The notes beneath the pieces were generated by a model. It was not told the DNA's origin. It saw only the letters and a program-made list of their open reading frames with translations, and did no database searches. From positions 62,001 through 88,725 of the forward strand of contig CAXUUL010000005.1 of assembly GCA_964255285.1 (NCBI GenBank): 26,725 nucleotides of DNA, in the 5' to 3' direction. The position numbers and the translations under genes are program-made. Positions 1-11,973 of this stretch are shown here, piece by piece. The stretch's first letter is position 1. Each line of letters begins with the position of its first letter. Source of the DNA: Ionaspis alba. Its lineage: Eukaryota.

Positions 1-1461
1 GCAGTGAGAGATTGTAGATATGCTTCCTGAGCATGATCTCCCGGTTCCATTGGATCTATAGGAGCAGTTTGGTTCAGAGATGCCAGAATATTCCCTGCCT
101 GCCCATTGAGCTGCTGACTTGCCGCCTGACCGGGAGTCGAAGTATCAGGCGTCACCATGCACGAGAGGAATGCTAGCCTGTAGGTTAAGTCGCGGACTCC
201 CAATGCTTTAAGACCGGTGACTCCACTTCCTCCGACATCTCCACCGCGAGGAGCGTTCCGATTATCCCGAGTAGCTTCTGGCCGTACTCCAGGAAGGCCA
301 AGCTGACTCACATCGGGTACGACGATTAAAGCTCCCGTGAATACGCATTTCTCTCCAGCCTTGGCGCGGTCGACAATTTCACCTCGAAGGATGACGTCCA
401 TGGTCCGTGGCATACTTCCTGTGGGGATCTCGGAACTATTTTCTTGGATACGCACTTTCTGCCAGTCTACGAACGTGCTCTGTCGAATATCTAAATGCCA
501 TCCCTGTCGATTCATACAGGTCAAGTTCGGGCATTGCGTTGGCTCAGTGTATCGGAAGATCTGCTCAACATTCTTGATCACAGCACGACAGTTCTCGCAG
601 ACAAAAGTGGCGAGATAGAGCTCAGGTCGGACTTCTGATGTACGAGTCACCGTCCCAGAGATTGACAAGAGCTTTCCAATCGATCCTGTCCGCAGTTGTC
701 GTATTCGAGAGACTAGCGGCAGGTTGTAGAAAGCTAGTGTAAAGAGCTTGTCTGTCTGCTGATTCGTTGTCTTTTCCTTGACGGAGTCCACCTGACTACT
801 CATGCCATTGCCTGCAACAGAAGAGTTCGCCTGGGATGATGTGCTTGTAGGCTGCCGATGTTCTTTGAAATACCGCGGCTCGTACTTCGCGATGAGAATA
901 TGAAGCGCCTTGGTGAGAAACGGGAGAAAACGATAGTAGCTGCTAGCAACAGCGTTGGCGAGCACTCCCTCGTTAGATGACATGAGGTGTTGGAAGTCGA
1001 CATATAGAGTGGATAGATTGTAGATTCTTAAGCCGTTTATTTGCGCGATATAGTACTTATCGCTTGTTACAGCACTTGAGGGGGGCGCGCCAGAGGAGAA
1101 GGGCTCTTCAATGAAGCTGATGCTGTCAGCGAATGCTCCAAGTACATGTCAGTGAGGCGTCATACTTTTCGAGAAAACCTCCAAAGACATCTGCCACTCT
1201 CTCGCCAACTTCATCCGTCACGGGCGGGATGGCGCGGTCCATTGGGCCGCGTCGATTACGGTCGGTGCCTTGTGTTCCCACAACTTCGTCATCTAGAAAG
1301 CCTTCCATATCCGAGAGATGGCCATTGCTTTCAGAAGGGGGCGCCTGTGGGCGCGGGGTACTATTTCGAACACTGGCCAACTTAGGTGTTCCTTTTCGTG
1401 CTGCGCCATCTCTGAGACCCAGCTTGTCGCTGCTCAGAATGACATCGGCGAGGGATGACAT
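1..1461 (-). CDS. MCM6: DNA replication licensing factor Mcm6, N-terminal part (runs off the window start)
   Basis: ATG at 1461; exon 1461-1166, intron 1165-1117 (GTATGA...GCTGAC...CAG), exon from 1116 onward. Translation includes KYYIAQINGL, LYVDFQHL, IGKLLSISGTVTRTSEVRPEL, Zn-finger C-x2-C...CPNLTC, FVDWQKVRIQENSSEIPTGSMPRTMDVILRGEIVDRAKAGEKCVFTG and GVTGLKALGVRDLTYRLAFL, all typical of Mcm6. Confidence 0.96.
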
Positions 1462-1539
1462 GATTGCGGCTTGCACTGCTTTACGGATGAGGAGAATGGA
1501 GAACCTCGAGCAGTTGTCCACGACACGACGTTGTGGGAG

Positions 1540-1645
1540 ACGCGACGCGACAGCACCTTACTATTTTAGGATTTCGCGTAAAGTGGACTTGCAGCCCTAT
1601 TTCGACCTCGACATGTCAGGGCTTGAGATACAGCGACTTTCGCGT
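1540..1645. promoter_or_regulatory. Cluster of MCB/SCB-like (CGCG-core) G1/S elements upstream of MCM6
   Basis: ACGCGACGCGA at 1540-1550; TTTCGCGT (=ACGCGAAA on minus) at 1572-1579 and 1638-1645, all within 200 bp of the MCM6 ATG. These match MBF/SBF-type sites known for fungal replication genes. Confidence 0.6.
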
Positions 1646-1971
1646 GAGACCGTAAGAACAGAACGGTCGAGGTACGGAATTCTGCGAGGTTCTCCTCCAC
1701 GTCAAAGCAATTGTGCTTCCTATTCGTTCCAGGCTGTCACAAACTAATTCTACAGATCCAGGCCATTGTCTCATCCATCACGACAAGAACCCTACAGAGT
1801 ACAGAGGATCTCCCGGCCATCCTCGTCAAGACCAACGTCAAATCAGTCCAGGTCCAACCAACCTTGGGTATCATAGCGCTAAAACGCAGCAAAGAGCAAT
1901 TCACCACCATCTCGCATTCCTTAATCGAAACCCAGTCCCGTGGCCTTCTCCCTTCCCTTCCCTTACCGTAG
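1613..1971 (+). CDS. Candidate small spliced ORF (84 aa), unknown function
   Basis: ATG 1613; exon 1613-1651; intron 1652-1755 (GTAAGA...ACTAAT...TACAG); exon 1756-1971 in frame to TAG. Product MSGLEIQRLSRET-IQAIVSSITTRTLQSTEDLPAILVKTNVKSVQVQPTLGIIALKRSKEQF... No family recognised. Confidence 0.35.
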
Positions 1972-2009
1972 CTTACCTAAAGTCGTCAAGTGGCGATTTG
2001 ACTCCCTTC

Positions 2010-5000
2010 TCATGCCGTGACTACCCCCTCACTCAGCCATAGTCTAACACCCTCTCTCAATGCCCCGCCTTCAGCTCTTCGCCCATCGCGACCTTTACCC
2101 TCTCGGACACCCTCAGTAACCACGCTCCGCACAATTTCCTCCAATGCGCCAAGAACAACACGTCTGCATTCCTCGTGCGGGACTTCAAGAGCCGGAACCG
2201 GACCATCAGTGGGAGCACGCCGAATACTTGCGGGCCGTGAGAGTGAGAGCGGCGCAGCACCGAGGGGACCGCTGGCGAGACCCCTGGTGGGGGAAGGTGG
2301 CATTCTAATGTCCTTGTCGACGCGATTAGGAGATGGGGCACGAGAAGGCACACGAGAGGAATGACCACTTTGAGAAAGAATGCGCTCGAGGGCAGTCGTG
2401 AGTATCGGATCCGAGTCTAGGATCTGATCCTCAGCAAACTTTAACTCGAAAACCTCATCGTTATGCTGAAAGTCAGAATCATGGGTGATTGGAACTGTGT
2501 TCTCGGCGAGTTCTTTGCGTAGACGTCGTTGAAGGCGGAGCCGGTAGATGGAAAACGTTGCCGTGTCTGCAATGACAGTCGTGCTGATATCAGTCCACTT
2601 TCCATTGGTGGCAGGAAATTCCTTGGAGGTGGATGGATGGATGAGACGAGCTTCGGCTCTCATAGATAGCTTGATCTCCTGTTTAAGAGCTTCATAGGGC
2701 CGGACAGCTTGAAGAGAGAAGTCGGGATGATATCTTTTGAGCCATCCGGCCACATCGATAGTTGGCTCGGATTTGTTGCGCGGGGAATCAGACGTTGACG
2801 AAAGTCCGTAAGGGGAGAAATGGCCATTCGGGCTTCCCGCAATGACATTTTGGGCACGAGAAGAGTTGTAGGATGATGTTAGGGAAGACGAGAACGAATG
2901 GGTGCGTGGTAGATCAACATCAATGTAACCATCGTCTTCGTTTACCGATAGTTTAAGCGGCATACGCTCCATTCTAGTTCGCCGAGGGATGCTTCTCGCA
3001 GCCGAACCTCCATCCTGATCTGTTGGTTTTAAGCAGTCTTCGAGCGCTGGGTGACTTGTTAGGCCGCTAGTAGATGAATTCCCATTTCCGTCCACAGTGA
3101 GCGCTGCAGCCTGTTCAACCATATGTGACAATCGTGTGGTTGTTGGCGATCTTTCCTTGTCCTTTGGAGCACGAGTGTCCGCGAGAGCTTCCTGCGAAGA
3201 CAGGAAAGCATCACTTTCATCTGTCGAAGACCCTCGTCGGTTGCTCCAAAACCCACTAACCATACTACCCCAGCGTCCGCCTCCGGAGCCGCTGGTACTT
3301 AGAGCAGAGCTTTCGGACCTTTTGAGCGTATGTGTCAAAGCAATAGATGCCAGACTGCCGCTGCTTCCTGGTCGTTGCACGCCCGCGGTTCCTGGTGGCG
3401 CTTGGGTTGACAGGTTTGAGAAATGAGGGGTTGGCAGCGCAGTATCCGCTATGATGGTTGAGGTCGAGGACTTACGCGTATCGCCAGCGCGAACAGGGAT
3501 CGCTAGTGATGCGCTTCTGATAGATCTTGCGTCTGAAGTGCGTCTGGCAAGGGCTTCGGGCGCGAAGTCGTTGTTTTCGGATTCACCGCCACCAGCACCA
3601 ATGAGCGAGAAACTTACGGTTCGTGCATGATCGCTGGCGTTCGTACCATTTCTGCGGGGGCGAGTGGTATTGACCTCTGTAGCCCTAGATAGCGATTGAT
3701 CACGAATCGGGGGAAGTGACGAGGGACTCTCTGAGTATTTCATGCTTGGATGAGACGAGAGGGGGAGCTGGGATGTTGGAAGCGAGACGCAGCCTGGAAT
3801 AAATGTCGAGAGCAGAAAGATCAAACGTCTGGCGGCCATTTTGTCGCAAGAGACGATAACTGTCCGCTGTTTGATATGGTTCTCGTCTTTACCCAAATCT
3901 TTCAATTGCGCACGGCGCCGCCGATTCTGCGCTGGTGCGATCGAGCCTAGCCAAGAAGTATGATTTCCGAGAAATGTGGTAAGAAAAGCGAAAAAGAACG
4001 TAGTCTGCTCTCTGTCTCCTGCCCAACGTCCAATCCAGCGTGCTTCCTCCCTCCAGGCACCCCATCGGGCTTGGCCAGTCACCACTCTACGTGTTCTGAG
4101 CCCACCGACGATCCTCTGGCTTGTGATGGCAGTCTCCTTCTGGATGATCGCACTTTCTTGAAGACACCCAGGCATGACATGGATGCTTTGTTGTGTAGGC
4201 TGCTTTGGCTTCTTGAATTTCGTGCTTCCAGATCTTGCCGGCGGCGCAGCCATCAGAGGCGCAAGTGGGGTCGAATGCTCCAAAACTGTTCGAAGCGTCC
4301 TGCTCGCAACGGCCTCCAGTAGTTCTAGTGCTCTACTGACCACGTTCCAGTGAGTAAGTATGTGAGAGATGTGGAGATTCAACACAGTATCGACCCCCGA
4401 AAGCGATGCAGTACTCCGCGCCTCCATGAACCTTGCGAAGACACCGTGTTCGGCGTGCCATGACGTCGCAGGTGTAGAGTCATTGTAAGAAGAACCCAAA
4501 GATGATACGCCATGATGAGATCCTTGAGAACGTAAGCGAGGTTGTGAACCATCTGTTGGAAGTTGGATAATGACCGCGATCGCATACATGGGGACCTTCT
4601 TCTGTTTGACGACTTTTCTGCCACTCCCGTTGTCGAACAAATCGTCGTCCTTGGCAGTGGGATCCGAGCCATGGTTTTGATCCATCTGATCCGGTTCTTG
4701 TGCCACTTCCTCGGCATTCGGTGACACGGATTCAGGCAAGTGAACGGAGAAGAGCCGGGTAAACATGATCGAAGGCCTAGAGTACTGACTTGTTCGATTA
4801 TCCGTGTAATTAATCTCTTCTTTGGACAGGTCGGCTACACTGGTAGACCGAACGAGAGGTGTTCGCTTCCTCGTGAAACCGCCAGATGATAAGGGACGTG
4901 CAACATTTGGACTTCTGTTGCCACTGTTTAGAGCGTCAGGAGATTTTCTCGGAACAATATGGAGCTTTGTGCCTGGTTCGATCCGAAAGCCTGGAGCTCC

Positions 5001-5666
5001 AAACATACAACCGAGGAGTGCCTCGGTATCTTCCTTTCCCTCGCGTGCAACCTTGCCCTGGGCTGTTTCCAGATCATTTGCAGATTGTTCAAGCGTCGCA
5101 GCTCGAGATCTCGTATCCCCCAATGGACTTCGGAATCGATACTCCGGTGAGCGAGGAGATATTGGTGAGAGCGGTTGGATCTGCGAGCTTTGGAAGATAG
5201 ACGATTGCGGAGAATGGAAACGTCTGGAGGGAATTGTGGCCGGGCTTCGATTGCCTTTCCCACGCGAGGGCATTCTGAACAAGGAGCTTGAAGCTTCTCG
5301 GTCCTGCTGAGGACTACCGTTTCGGGAGGTGGGTATATTCGGAGGCGGCCTTGAATCATATAGCACCTGTGGTTGTTGATACCGAGAATTGACATCTTGT
5401 GCTATGATGATCCGTATATCTGCAGGATACGCAACATCAAGACCACCTCGATCATCGTAGTTTGTAGCTTCTCTTGCGTTCGATGGGAATCTGGTGTTCT
5501 GGGCCAATGACACACTGTAGTGACTAATCCGTAGAGAATTGCCATCGGGGTAGAGCAAGTCCCGCGTATGAGCATCCTCGGTCACAGATTCGAGTGGTGT
5601 CTGCGGTCGCGAAGAGCTATGCTGGCTGAAGGTAGACGCAGCGCTCTGGAGCAGGCGGCCGATCAT
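2010..5666 (-). CDS. Folliculin-interacting protein (FNIP)/Lst4-like protein, ~1218 aa, apparently single exon
   Basis: Long uninterrupted ORF; first ATG at 5666 (MIGRLL; the track start at 5696 is GTG). Motifs recalled from fungal FNIP_N-containing proteins: DIRIIIAQD, LLGCMFG, TKLHIVP, MFTRLFSV, MYAIAVII, RTVIVSCDKMAARRLIFLLSTF, VAGWLKRYHPDFSLQAV. Confidence 0.8.
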   Translation of the reverse strand: MIGRLLQSAASTFSQHSSSRPQTPLESVTEDAHTRDLLYPDGNSLRISHYSVSLAQNTRFPSNAREATNYDDRGGLDVAYPADIRIIIAQDVNSRYQQPQVLYDSRPPPNIPTSRNGSPQQDREASSSLFRMPSRGKGNRSPATIPSRRFHSPQSSIFQSSQIQPLSPISPRSPEYRFRSPLGDTRSRAATLEQSANDLETAQGKVAREGKEDTEALLGCMFGAPGFRIEPGTKLHIVPRKSPDALNSGNRSPNVARPLSSGGFTRKRTPLVRSTSVADLSKEEINYTDNRTSQYSRPSIMFTRLFSVHLPESVSPNAEEVAQEPDQMDQNHGSDPTAKDDDLFDNGSGRKVVKQKKVPMYAIAVIIQLPTDGSQPRLRSQGSHHGVSSLGSSYNDSTPATSWHAEHGVFARFMEARSTASLSGVDTVLNLHISHILTHWNVVSRALELLEAVASRTLRTVLEHSTPLAPLMAAPPARSGSTKFKKPKQPTQQSIHVMPGCLQESAIIQKETAITSQRIVGGLRTRRVVTGQARWGAWREEARWIGRWAGDREQTTFFFAFLTTFLGNHTSWLGSIAPAQNRRRRAQLKDLGKDENHIKQRTVIVSCDKMAARRLIFLLSTFIPGCVSLPTSQLPLSSHPSMKYSESPSSLPPIRDQSLSRATEVNTTRPRRNGTNASDHARTVSFSLIGAGGGESENNDFAPEALARRTSDARSIRSASLAIPVRAGDTRKSSTSTIIADTALPTPHFSNLSTQAPPGTAGVQRPGSSGSLASIALTHTLKRSESSALSTSGSGGGRWGSMVSGFWSNRRGSSTDESDAFLSSQEALADTRAPKDKERSPTTTRLSHMVEQAAALTVDGNGNSSTSGLTSHPALEDCLKPTDQDGGSAARSIPRRTRMERMPLKLSVNEDDGYIDVDLPRTHSFSSSLTSSYNSSRAQNVIAGSPNGHFSPYGLSSTSDSPRNKSEPTIDVAGWLKRYHPDFSLQAVRPYEALKQEIKLSMRAEARLIHPSTSKEFPATNGKWTDISTTVIADTATFSIYRLRLQRRLRKELAENTVPITHDSDFQHNDEVFELKFAEDQILDSDPILTTALERILSQSGHSSRVPSRAPSPNRVDKDIRMPPSPTRGLASGPLGAAPLSLSRPASIRRAPTDGPVPALEVPHEECRRVVLGALEEIVRSVVTEGVREGKGRDGRRAEGGALREGVRLWLSEGVVTA

Positions 5667-6428
5667 GTTGGAGGAGGAGCTGGGAGCAAATTCCACAGTA
5701 AGTAATCAATCTCGTAGTGTTGAGCCTTGTCAGGCCTGCAGCGCCGTCGGCTCCTTCCCCATCTCTCCCATCTTGCTAAGAAAGCCAGTTTTGTTGGCGA
5801 GCCTCGGTTGAAGGATATCTCAACGAAGCTTGTGTTGAGAACCTGCCTTTAGTGGACAGATTCCTGTCGAGACTGAGGTTGAGGTGATGGTGGGGAATGA
5901 GAAAGACAAGCAAGTATGAACGAGGGAAACGAGGGAGGATTCGGCAAGTTAGGCTGGCGGCAGAGATGAGAATGAGCGGTGAGCTTCGATCATGGAACGG
6001 GCCGGAGTGCCAAGACCGGCACCCAGATCGTTTGCTTGTGCATCTCCAAAAGAATGTGACTTCATTCTACTCATGGCCAGTAGAATAGATCTCAACGTAG
6101 TCATAATAATGCTTTCGACACGGCTTATGTGATGCGGTATTGTTGCTTTAGTCAGAGAGTCTACTGGAGAGACTTTCGTTCGTCTTCCTATTTCCAGGTA
6201 GGTATCCCTTCATTACATTCATCTAATCTTTAGTGGACCACCTTAGTAGAAGCCTAAACTCATCAACACTCAAAGCTGGGAATGAAATGACCGTAACATA
6301 TTCTCCGAAAATCGCCCCTGCGATACACAAACTCAGCAACACAAGAGGACCGGACCAGCCCTTTCCAACCCATGACCCACCAATAAACAATGAAAATTTT
6401 AAGATAACATCGGATACAACGCCTACTC

Positions 6429-9400
6429 TTAATTCTCTGGAAGTCCTCCATTGTTCTTGCTCTCCCTAGCAAGGCTCAATTTCGCTCTCCCACCGCCAGC
6501 CGATTGCAATCGAGAAGCCGGCGAGACATCTCGCAGGCTCAAAGCAGGAGGCGGTCCCAGATTCGTCATGGTACTTTCAGCGGGTGGTGTGCTGGGAGCT
6601 GTCGTGATGGTTTTGTTCAAGACTTCGTCGTAGAAGGAATCCAATGCCTTGATATCGTTGCAAAATGCTTCCAGGTCGTAGGCAATCCTTTCAGGGGTCG
6701 TGATATTCATCTGCGCGAATCCCGGTCCTACATCTGGCGTTGCACGGATCAAGGGTGAACTTTGTGGTGACGCTCTGGGAGTCGCTAGATACGGATTGCC
6801 GTCGTGTCTGACCGGAGATGCTCGAGACCCGTTGCTGTGCTCGTGCTGGCTAGTAATTAGCCCCCGGTTTGCTTCTCGAGCCGCTGCACTCCTATTGTTA
6901 TAAAGCCTATTGGCAAGGAGCAGGAAATCACCCTCGTCTGTAATCTGCGCAAGAAGAACTCCTTCTCGAGAAACATATTGTGTGTAACAATAATCAGGTT
7001 TGCCCCATGAATACGTGACGTCAACGGAAGGTGGGAAGTCTTTTGCTGCTTCCAAGTCGAGAACAAAGTTGTGCTTCTTTAGTATCGCTTTATGATATGG
7101 AAACTCGGACATGGCCTTGGGGGTGAGCGAATTGGCATCAAAGTAATTCTGTGGCTCTTTCTCCGGCGGCCATTTCGCAAGCTTGACCATGTAAGGAGCT
7201 CTGAAAGGATGAATCTCGTTGATCCTCGAGGCTTCGCCTATTGGGAGTTCCACCAACCTGAGTCCATAAGACTCGGCTGCTGTAGCCCATGTGACAATTG
7301 CGTCTTCGATCAGCTTGGGTGTCACATTCAACCAGTCAATTCTGAGGTGATAGCAATCATCAGCAGATGAGATCTTGTCGTAGTGGAGGTTGATAAGCTC
7401 TCTTCGGTATGACCGTTTTTTGTGGTCCACATCATAGATCAGCCTTTTCGAGAGGGTGACCCCGAGCCTTGGTTTGGCCTTCGGGGTTTGTAAGCCTTCT
7501 TCCATACGTTCATTGCTGGTCGAGCTGGACTGAGAACCGGGAAGGTCGTTGTAATTAGTCATCATAGACTCCGCCACGGGTGTCGATGGCACAGACCGAT
7601 CATATCTTCGACCACCGAACCAAGTGTTCCGTGACTCGGGCCTTGGGAGACGGTAGTCCGTCGCAATCTGGTAAAAGAAGTTGCCATCACGAAAGTCGTG
7701 TCGTTTCTCCACGTGCTGGAAAAAACCTCCCTTTAATAGCTCTCTGCCGAAGTCCACCGCTTCTTCCCTTGAATCGATGTCCTTGAAATTGTTTAAGAGC
7801 CAAGTGGTGAGTTCGAATCCGATGAAGCAATTATAATGCAATCTCCAATGCCAACGTCGGTCCATCATTTTGATACCACGATCGCTCTGAATTGTCTGCG
7901 CAAGAGATCTCAAGTTTAAGTTCGATCGCTCAAACAAATCGTTGTCAGGCAACAGGTGGGCAGGACGGCCGTCTTGAGTATCATTGTCCATCAAAAGAGT
8001 TTCGCTCATCTCTGCTGCTACGATTGCGGAAGGATTCCTTGTTTGGTAGATGATATCTAGTGGATTTGGGTCCTTACTTTTGCGAACTGAGCCCTGGAAT
8101 CGACGCTCATCCAATGGTGCAAATCTGTACCTATTGAACAGCTGAGTAATTCTGTGAATGCCCTCAAGCCGGATTTCTTCTTCGTTGTCGTTGCTTGTAG
8201 GTCGTAGCAACCGCTTGCTGCTGATGGCACCCTCGACGGGTAGAAATACGAAGCGTGCGCGCCAGAAATGGAGCGATTCGGGATATTGGTCGGCGTGTTG
8301 CTCCTCGTGACCAGCTATGAATGTATCGAGCCTTTGCCAATCATAACGTTCGCTTGACAGAGCCAGCTTTATCGACCGCACTTTATACTCTCCGCTCAGT
8401 GTGGTTTTCACGCTCGGCTGGTAATGCACGAATTTATTATCGGGCTCAGCTGACGTAACGCTTGACAGAGAGCGCCTGAACTGTTTGACCTCGACTGAGC
8501 CTTCTGCGAGCTTTGATAATTGATGAATCGTATTGCCTTTGGACATGTACAGCTTCGTTCTTGGCAATCCATCATGTTCCACGCCATAGATTTCAATTAG
8601 CTCAGGTGCGGCCACGCCTGTCGCTTCGGAGAGCCGTGCTCCCACCACAAATTGGAAACCACGGGACAGCCGAGCACTTATAAGCTCACTCATGAGCCAT
8701 CCATTATCTTCTGTGATATCATGTTGAATCCCGGGAGAAACTTTGTATTCGCTGGATTGGTATTCAACCGGAAAGTCGTCAGGAGAAGGAAAGTCTTCGG
8801 TCGTCAACGGTACCGAAGCTGGAGAGCACAGAGACTTCCATTTGAGCTTGGAGGCCCGCAGCGTGTAAGGGAAGACATGATACCACCGCCCAAGCCTACG
8901 AGTCGGGTCCGTAGAAGTTTTATGTGGATTTGAAGGATTCAAGACTGTTAGCCAAGGGGTCGTGGCCTTGTTGGGCGGCAAGAAAATGGAATCTTCCGCT
9001 GGATGCGTGTCGAGATGTTCGTTGGACAGGTCGTCCTGTGTGCGCAAATTGACATCGTTATCGTCAGCGCCTAGTCGAAGGCTCGTCCTTGGGATTCCGC
9101 TACGGTTATAAGGAGATCGAATAGAGATTGGCTTGGATGCCTGTTCCAGCACCGAGCTTTGAAGCGACGACATCTTGGGCCCCACCCTTTCACGTTCATG
9201 ATCGGATGATAAGCTTTCCTCTGCCGATTCCGGCAAGATTGACTGTGCAAACTGCTTCTTTGCGACATCTCGGGACTGAAGACCACGGGTCAGCAGCGAT
9301 GTTGATTGTGCAGTCTCAGAGGACATTTCTGCGACGGCTGTGGCTTTGGCGGTCATTCCTCCGAAACCCCGCAGACCAAAGCTGATCTGCCGTGAGAGGT

Positions 9401-11973
9401 TCCTCGGCTTCGTTTTCGATTGAGATGGACGAGCACTCGAAATGCTCTTGGCAATGCTATTTTTCGTTTCTCGAGCGCCTAACTTTACTCTTTCCGTCTT
9501 CATAGCCTGATCTTCTCCATAGCCATTGCTTACTGAGCCAGTCACGGGTGTCACTACTTTGCTCGATGAGTCGCCACCGTGCTTATGAATGTTATGGAAG
9601 CCCGTCCTTGTTATACTCTGCTCTTGTGGCAGTGCTTGATGCAAAGCCTTTCGACGTTGAGGATGACGGAAAATAAGATCGTCGTGAGTGTCCATCCAGC
9701 GTATGAGAGAACCATACCGCTTCATCGTGCTGGCTTGGTGTGGTGACCTCGACGATGACAATGAAGGCGCTGGAGAGTTCTTAGAATGGTCTATGCCTGA
9801 TCCATGCATTTCTAGCGATGCGCTTAGACTCGTGGTCGAATGCTGGGCCCTGAAATGCTTGTTCTTTACTCTCGCGGAAGGGCCATCGGGCAATCCGGAG
9901 GGCTGTCGATACATATACGGTATTGATATGTTTCTCATTTCGTTCTCCATGATGCCCATCATCTGCACCTCATACATTCTGATTCTCGGTACAAAGACAT
10001 CGCGTTTCGATGGGTCCGAGGTTCTCTTGGAAAATGTCGAGGTATTTGTAGTATGACCTACACCGTCGTCCATCGAAGCGGTCCAGAATGATATGTCCAC
10101 CCACTGAGGCATAGCATAGAGCCAGTGGTCTTTGTCAAAGTCTCCTCGATTCATCTGGTCTCTTGAGAAGCTACTCTTTGGTTCTGAAAGCTGGGATGTA
10201 TTGATGGAACTATCGAGGCTGCGGAAGCTTCCTGCTTCATTGGGCTGAACGTGTGAAATTTCGGCTTTCGCGTTGTCCCTCGGACGTGCTGCATGATGCG
10301 TCGGCGCCCTGTACTTGAACAAAGGAACGGAGTGTAAGGGTATCCTCGAAAGACATATCAGATCTATCCCGATACCATTTTCAATCAGATTGTCGGTTGT
10401 GGTGATAAGTAAATTGCGATCTACTTCGAATACACCTGTGCCTGGAGTAATGATGACTATGGAAAGCCCAGTCCTTACGAGGTCACGATCGATATAATCC
10501 TCTGAGAACTGGGATGATGCAAGATTGATAGCCTCCAGAACATTGCCTCGTATTGCCGGGGTCGGAGTCCCAGCGATGATCTGGACCGGAGTGTCTTGAG
10601 GAATAGAAATTCCTTCTTGAGCCCAAGGGACATATTCATTCGAAGAAGCCTTACAGATAGACACATCACGGAGGAAGACTTTGAACTCCTTCTTCAGCGA
10701 CCTCAGAATGGCACTCCATTGACCAGAAGCCATATCGCTTACAACGACTCGATAGAAGTCCTTGTAAGGTGTCTTGTTCGTGGGCGAGTATCCACTTGCA
10801 TTGTGAATATCCTCGTTTGACCTTTCAAAGTCCAACGACAGCCGCCTTTCATATTGCAGCCTCGTGAAGAGGATGATACTCACCAGATGTCGAGCGCCGA
10901 TACTCTGCCAGCGCTTGAAGAGCTCCGGAAGGAAGCCATTGATGACCTTGTGGAACATGATTTCCCCTGTGCCGTCGGTATCGAAGTCCCACATCTCCTT
11001 GGACATCTGGATGAAGAGCACGTAGCGAGCAGACTCACTCCGGAAGATCGGTTTCGTCGTAGGATCAAAGAACGCGGACTGTGTCTTTTTGCTTTGGATA
11101 TATATTGTCTTGACCTCTGCTTTGATAGTGCCCAAAAACAGGACCTTTTGTCCCTTGTAGACAGATTTGTTGGCCAATTCGGAAACGACCAATCGCCACA
11201 TATCTGCTCTAGTCAGGTAGGTATCTTTGAACGAGACTTCCACATGTGATGCCGAGTGGGAGCTTCGCTCGATCTGACTACTGATCAGCCTCGACATACA
11301 GGGAAAACTACGGGACTTTCCGAGTCGCTGACTTCAGTGACCATGACCTGAGTGCGATTCTTGAACCCAAGGGCAGAGGCTATCTTGTGCGAAATGGACA
11401 CCTTGCAAACTATCAGCTACTCATCAGTCCATACATATCTGAAGCAGACCTCGAGGTTTGGGTGCTTGGCCATAGAGTCAGAGTCCATTTCACCAATGGT
11501 GAACACGAGAGTAGGACAGTGCGGAGGTCTGTCTTCCGATCTAGCTGGGCAAAGTCAATTGGGAATAAGTAGTTATGTTGTACGGACGACCCACTTGATG
11601 TTCTGCTGCCCTGACTAGGACGTCCGCTACTACGACGCCTAGGGTGCATGGTTGGCGACTCCATTTCAAGGGCCATGATCCGCATTCGAGTGCCGACAAC
11701 CACGTTTTGGCCAGCAAACAGGGAGGGATTGACAAGTACATCGTCCTTCGCAAACGCTTCGTCATGAAGACCTAAAGTGCAGATGACCTTTTCTAAAGAA
11801 GCATGATGTTCTATCCAAGGAGACGTCTCATCAGTGTGAAGTGTTTGTGCATCCCGTTCGGGTTCGCTCCCGGTAGTATGATTCAATGCAAAGCTCCCTG
11901 TTGTGCCCTGGCGAAATTGAGATGCTCGGAGAGTGTTTGCACGGGAAGATCCCACCATCCCGTTTGTAGACAT
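6429..11973 (-). CDS. IML1: Vacuolar membrane-associated protein Iml1 (SEACIT/GATOR1 subunit, DEPDC5 orthologue)
   Basis: Exons 11973-11595, 11544-11450, 11401-11333, 11273-6429 with GT-AG introns of 50, 48 and 59 nt (start ATG could be 11973 or 11958). Motifs: FRSESARYVLFIQMSKEMWDF, GNVLEAINLA, YIDRDLVRTG, GIGIDLICLSRIPLHSVPLF, KWKSLCSPASVPLTT, RLSRGFQ; DEP domain DRRWHWRLHYNCFIGFELTTWLL...FFQHVEKRHDFRDGNFFY. Confidence 0.95.

Noticed and set aside
1133..1747. 204-aa plus-strand ORF
   Set aside because: Mostly antisense to MCM6 exon 1 and runs through its promoter; only codons 1613-1651 are kept, as a candidate exon.
11274..11297. ATG at 11297 as the IML1 start
   Set aside because: It lies inside a GT-AG intron (11332-11274); upstream exons encode conserved Iml1 sequence (KHPNLEVSIS...GFKNR).
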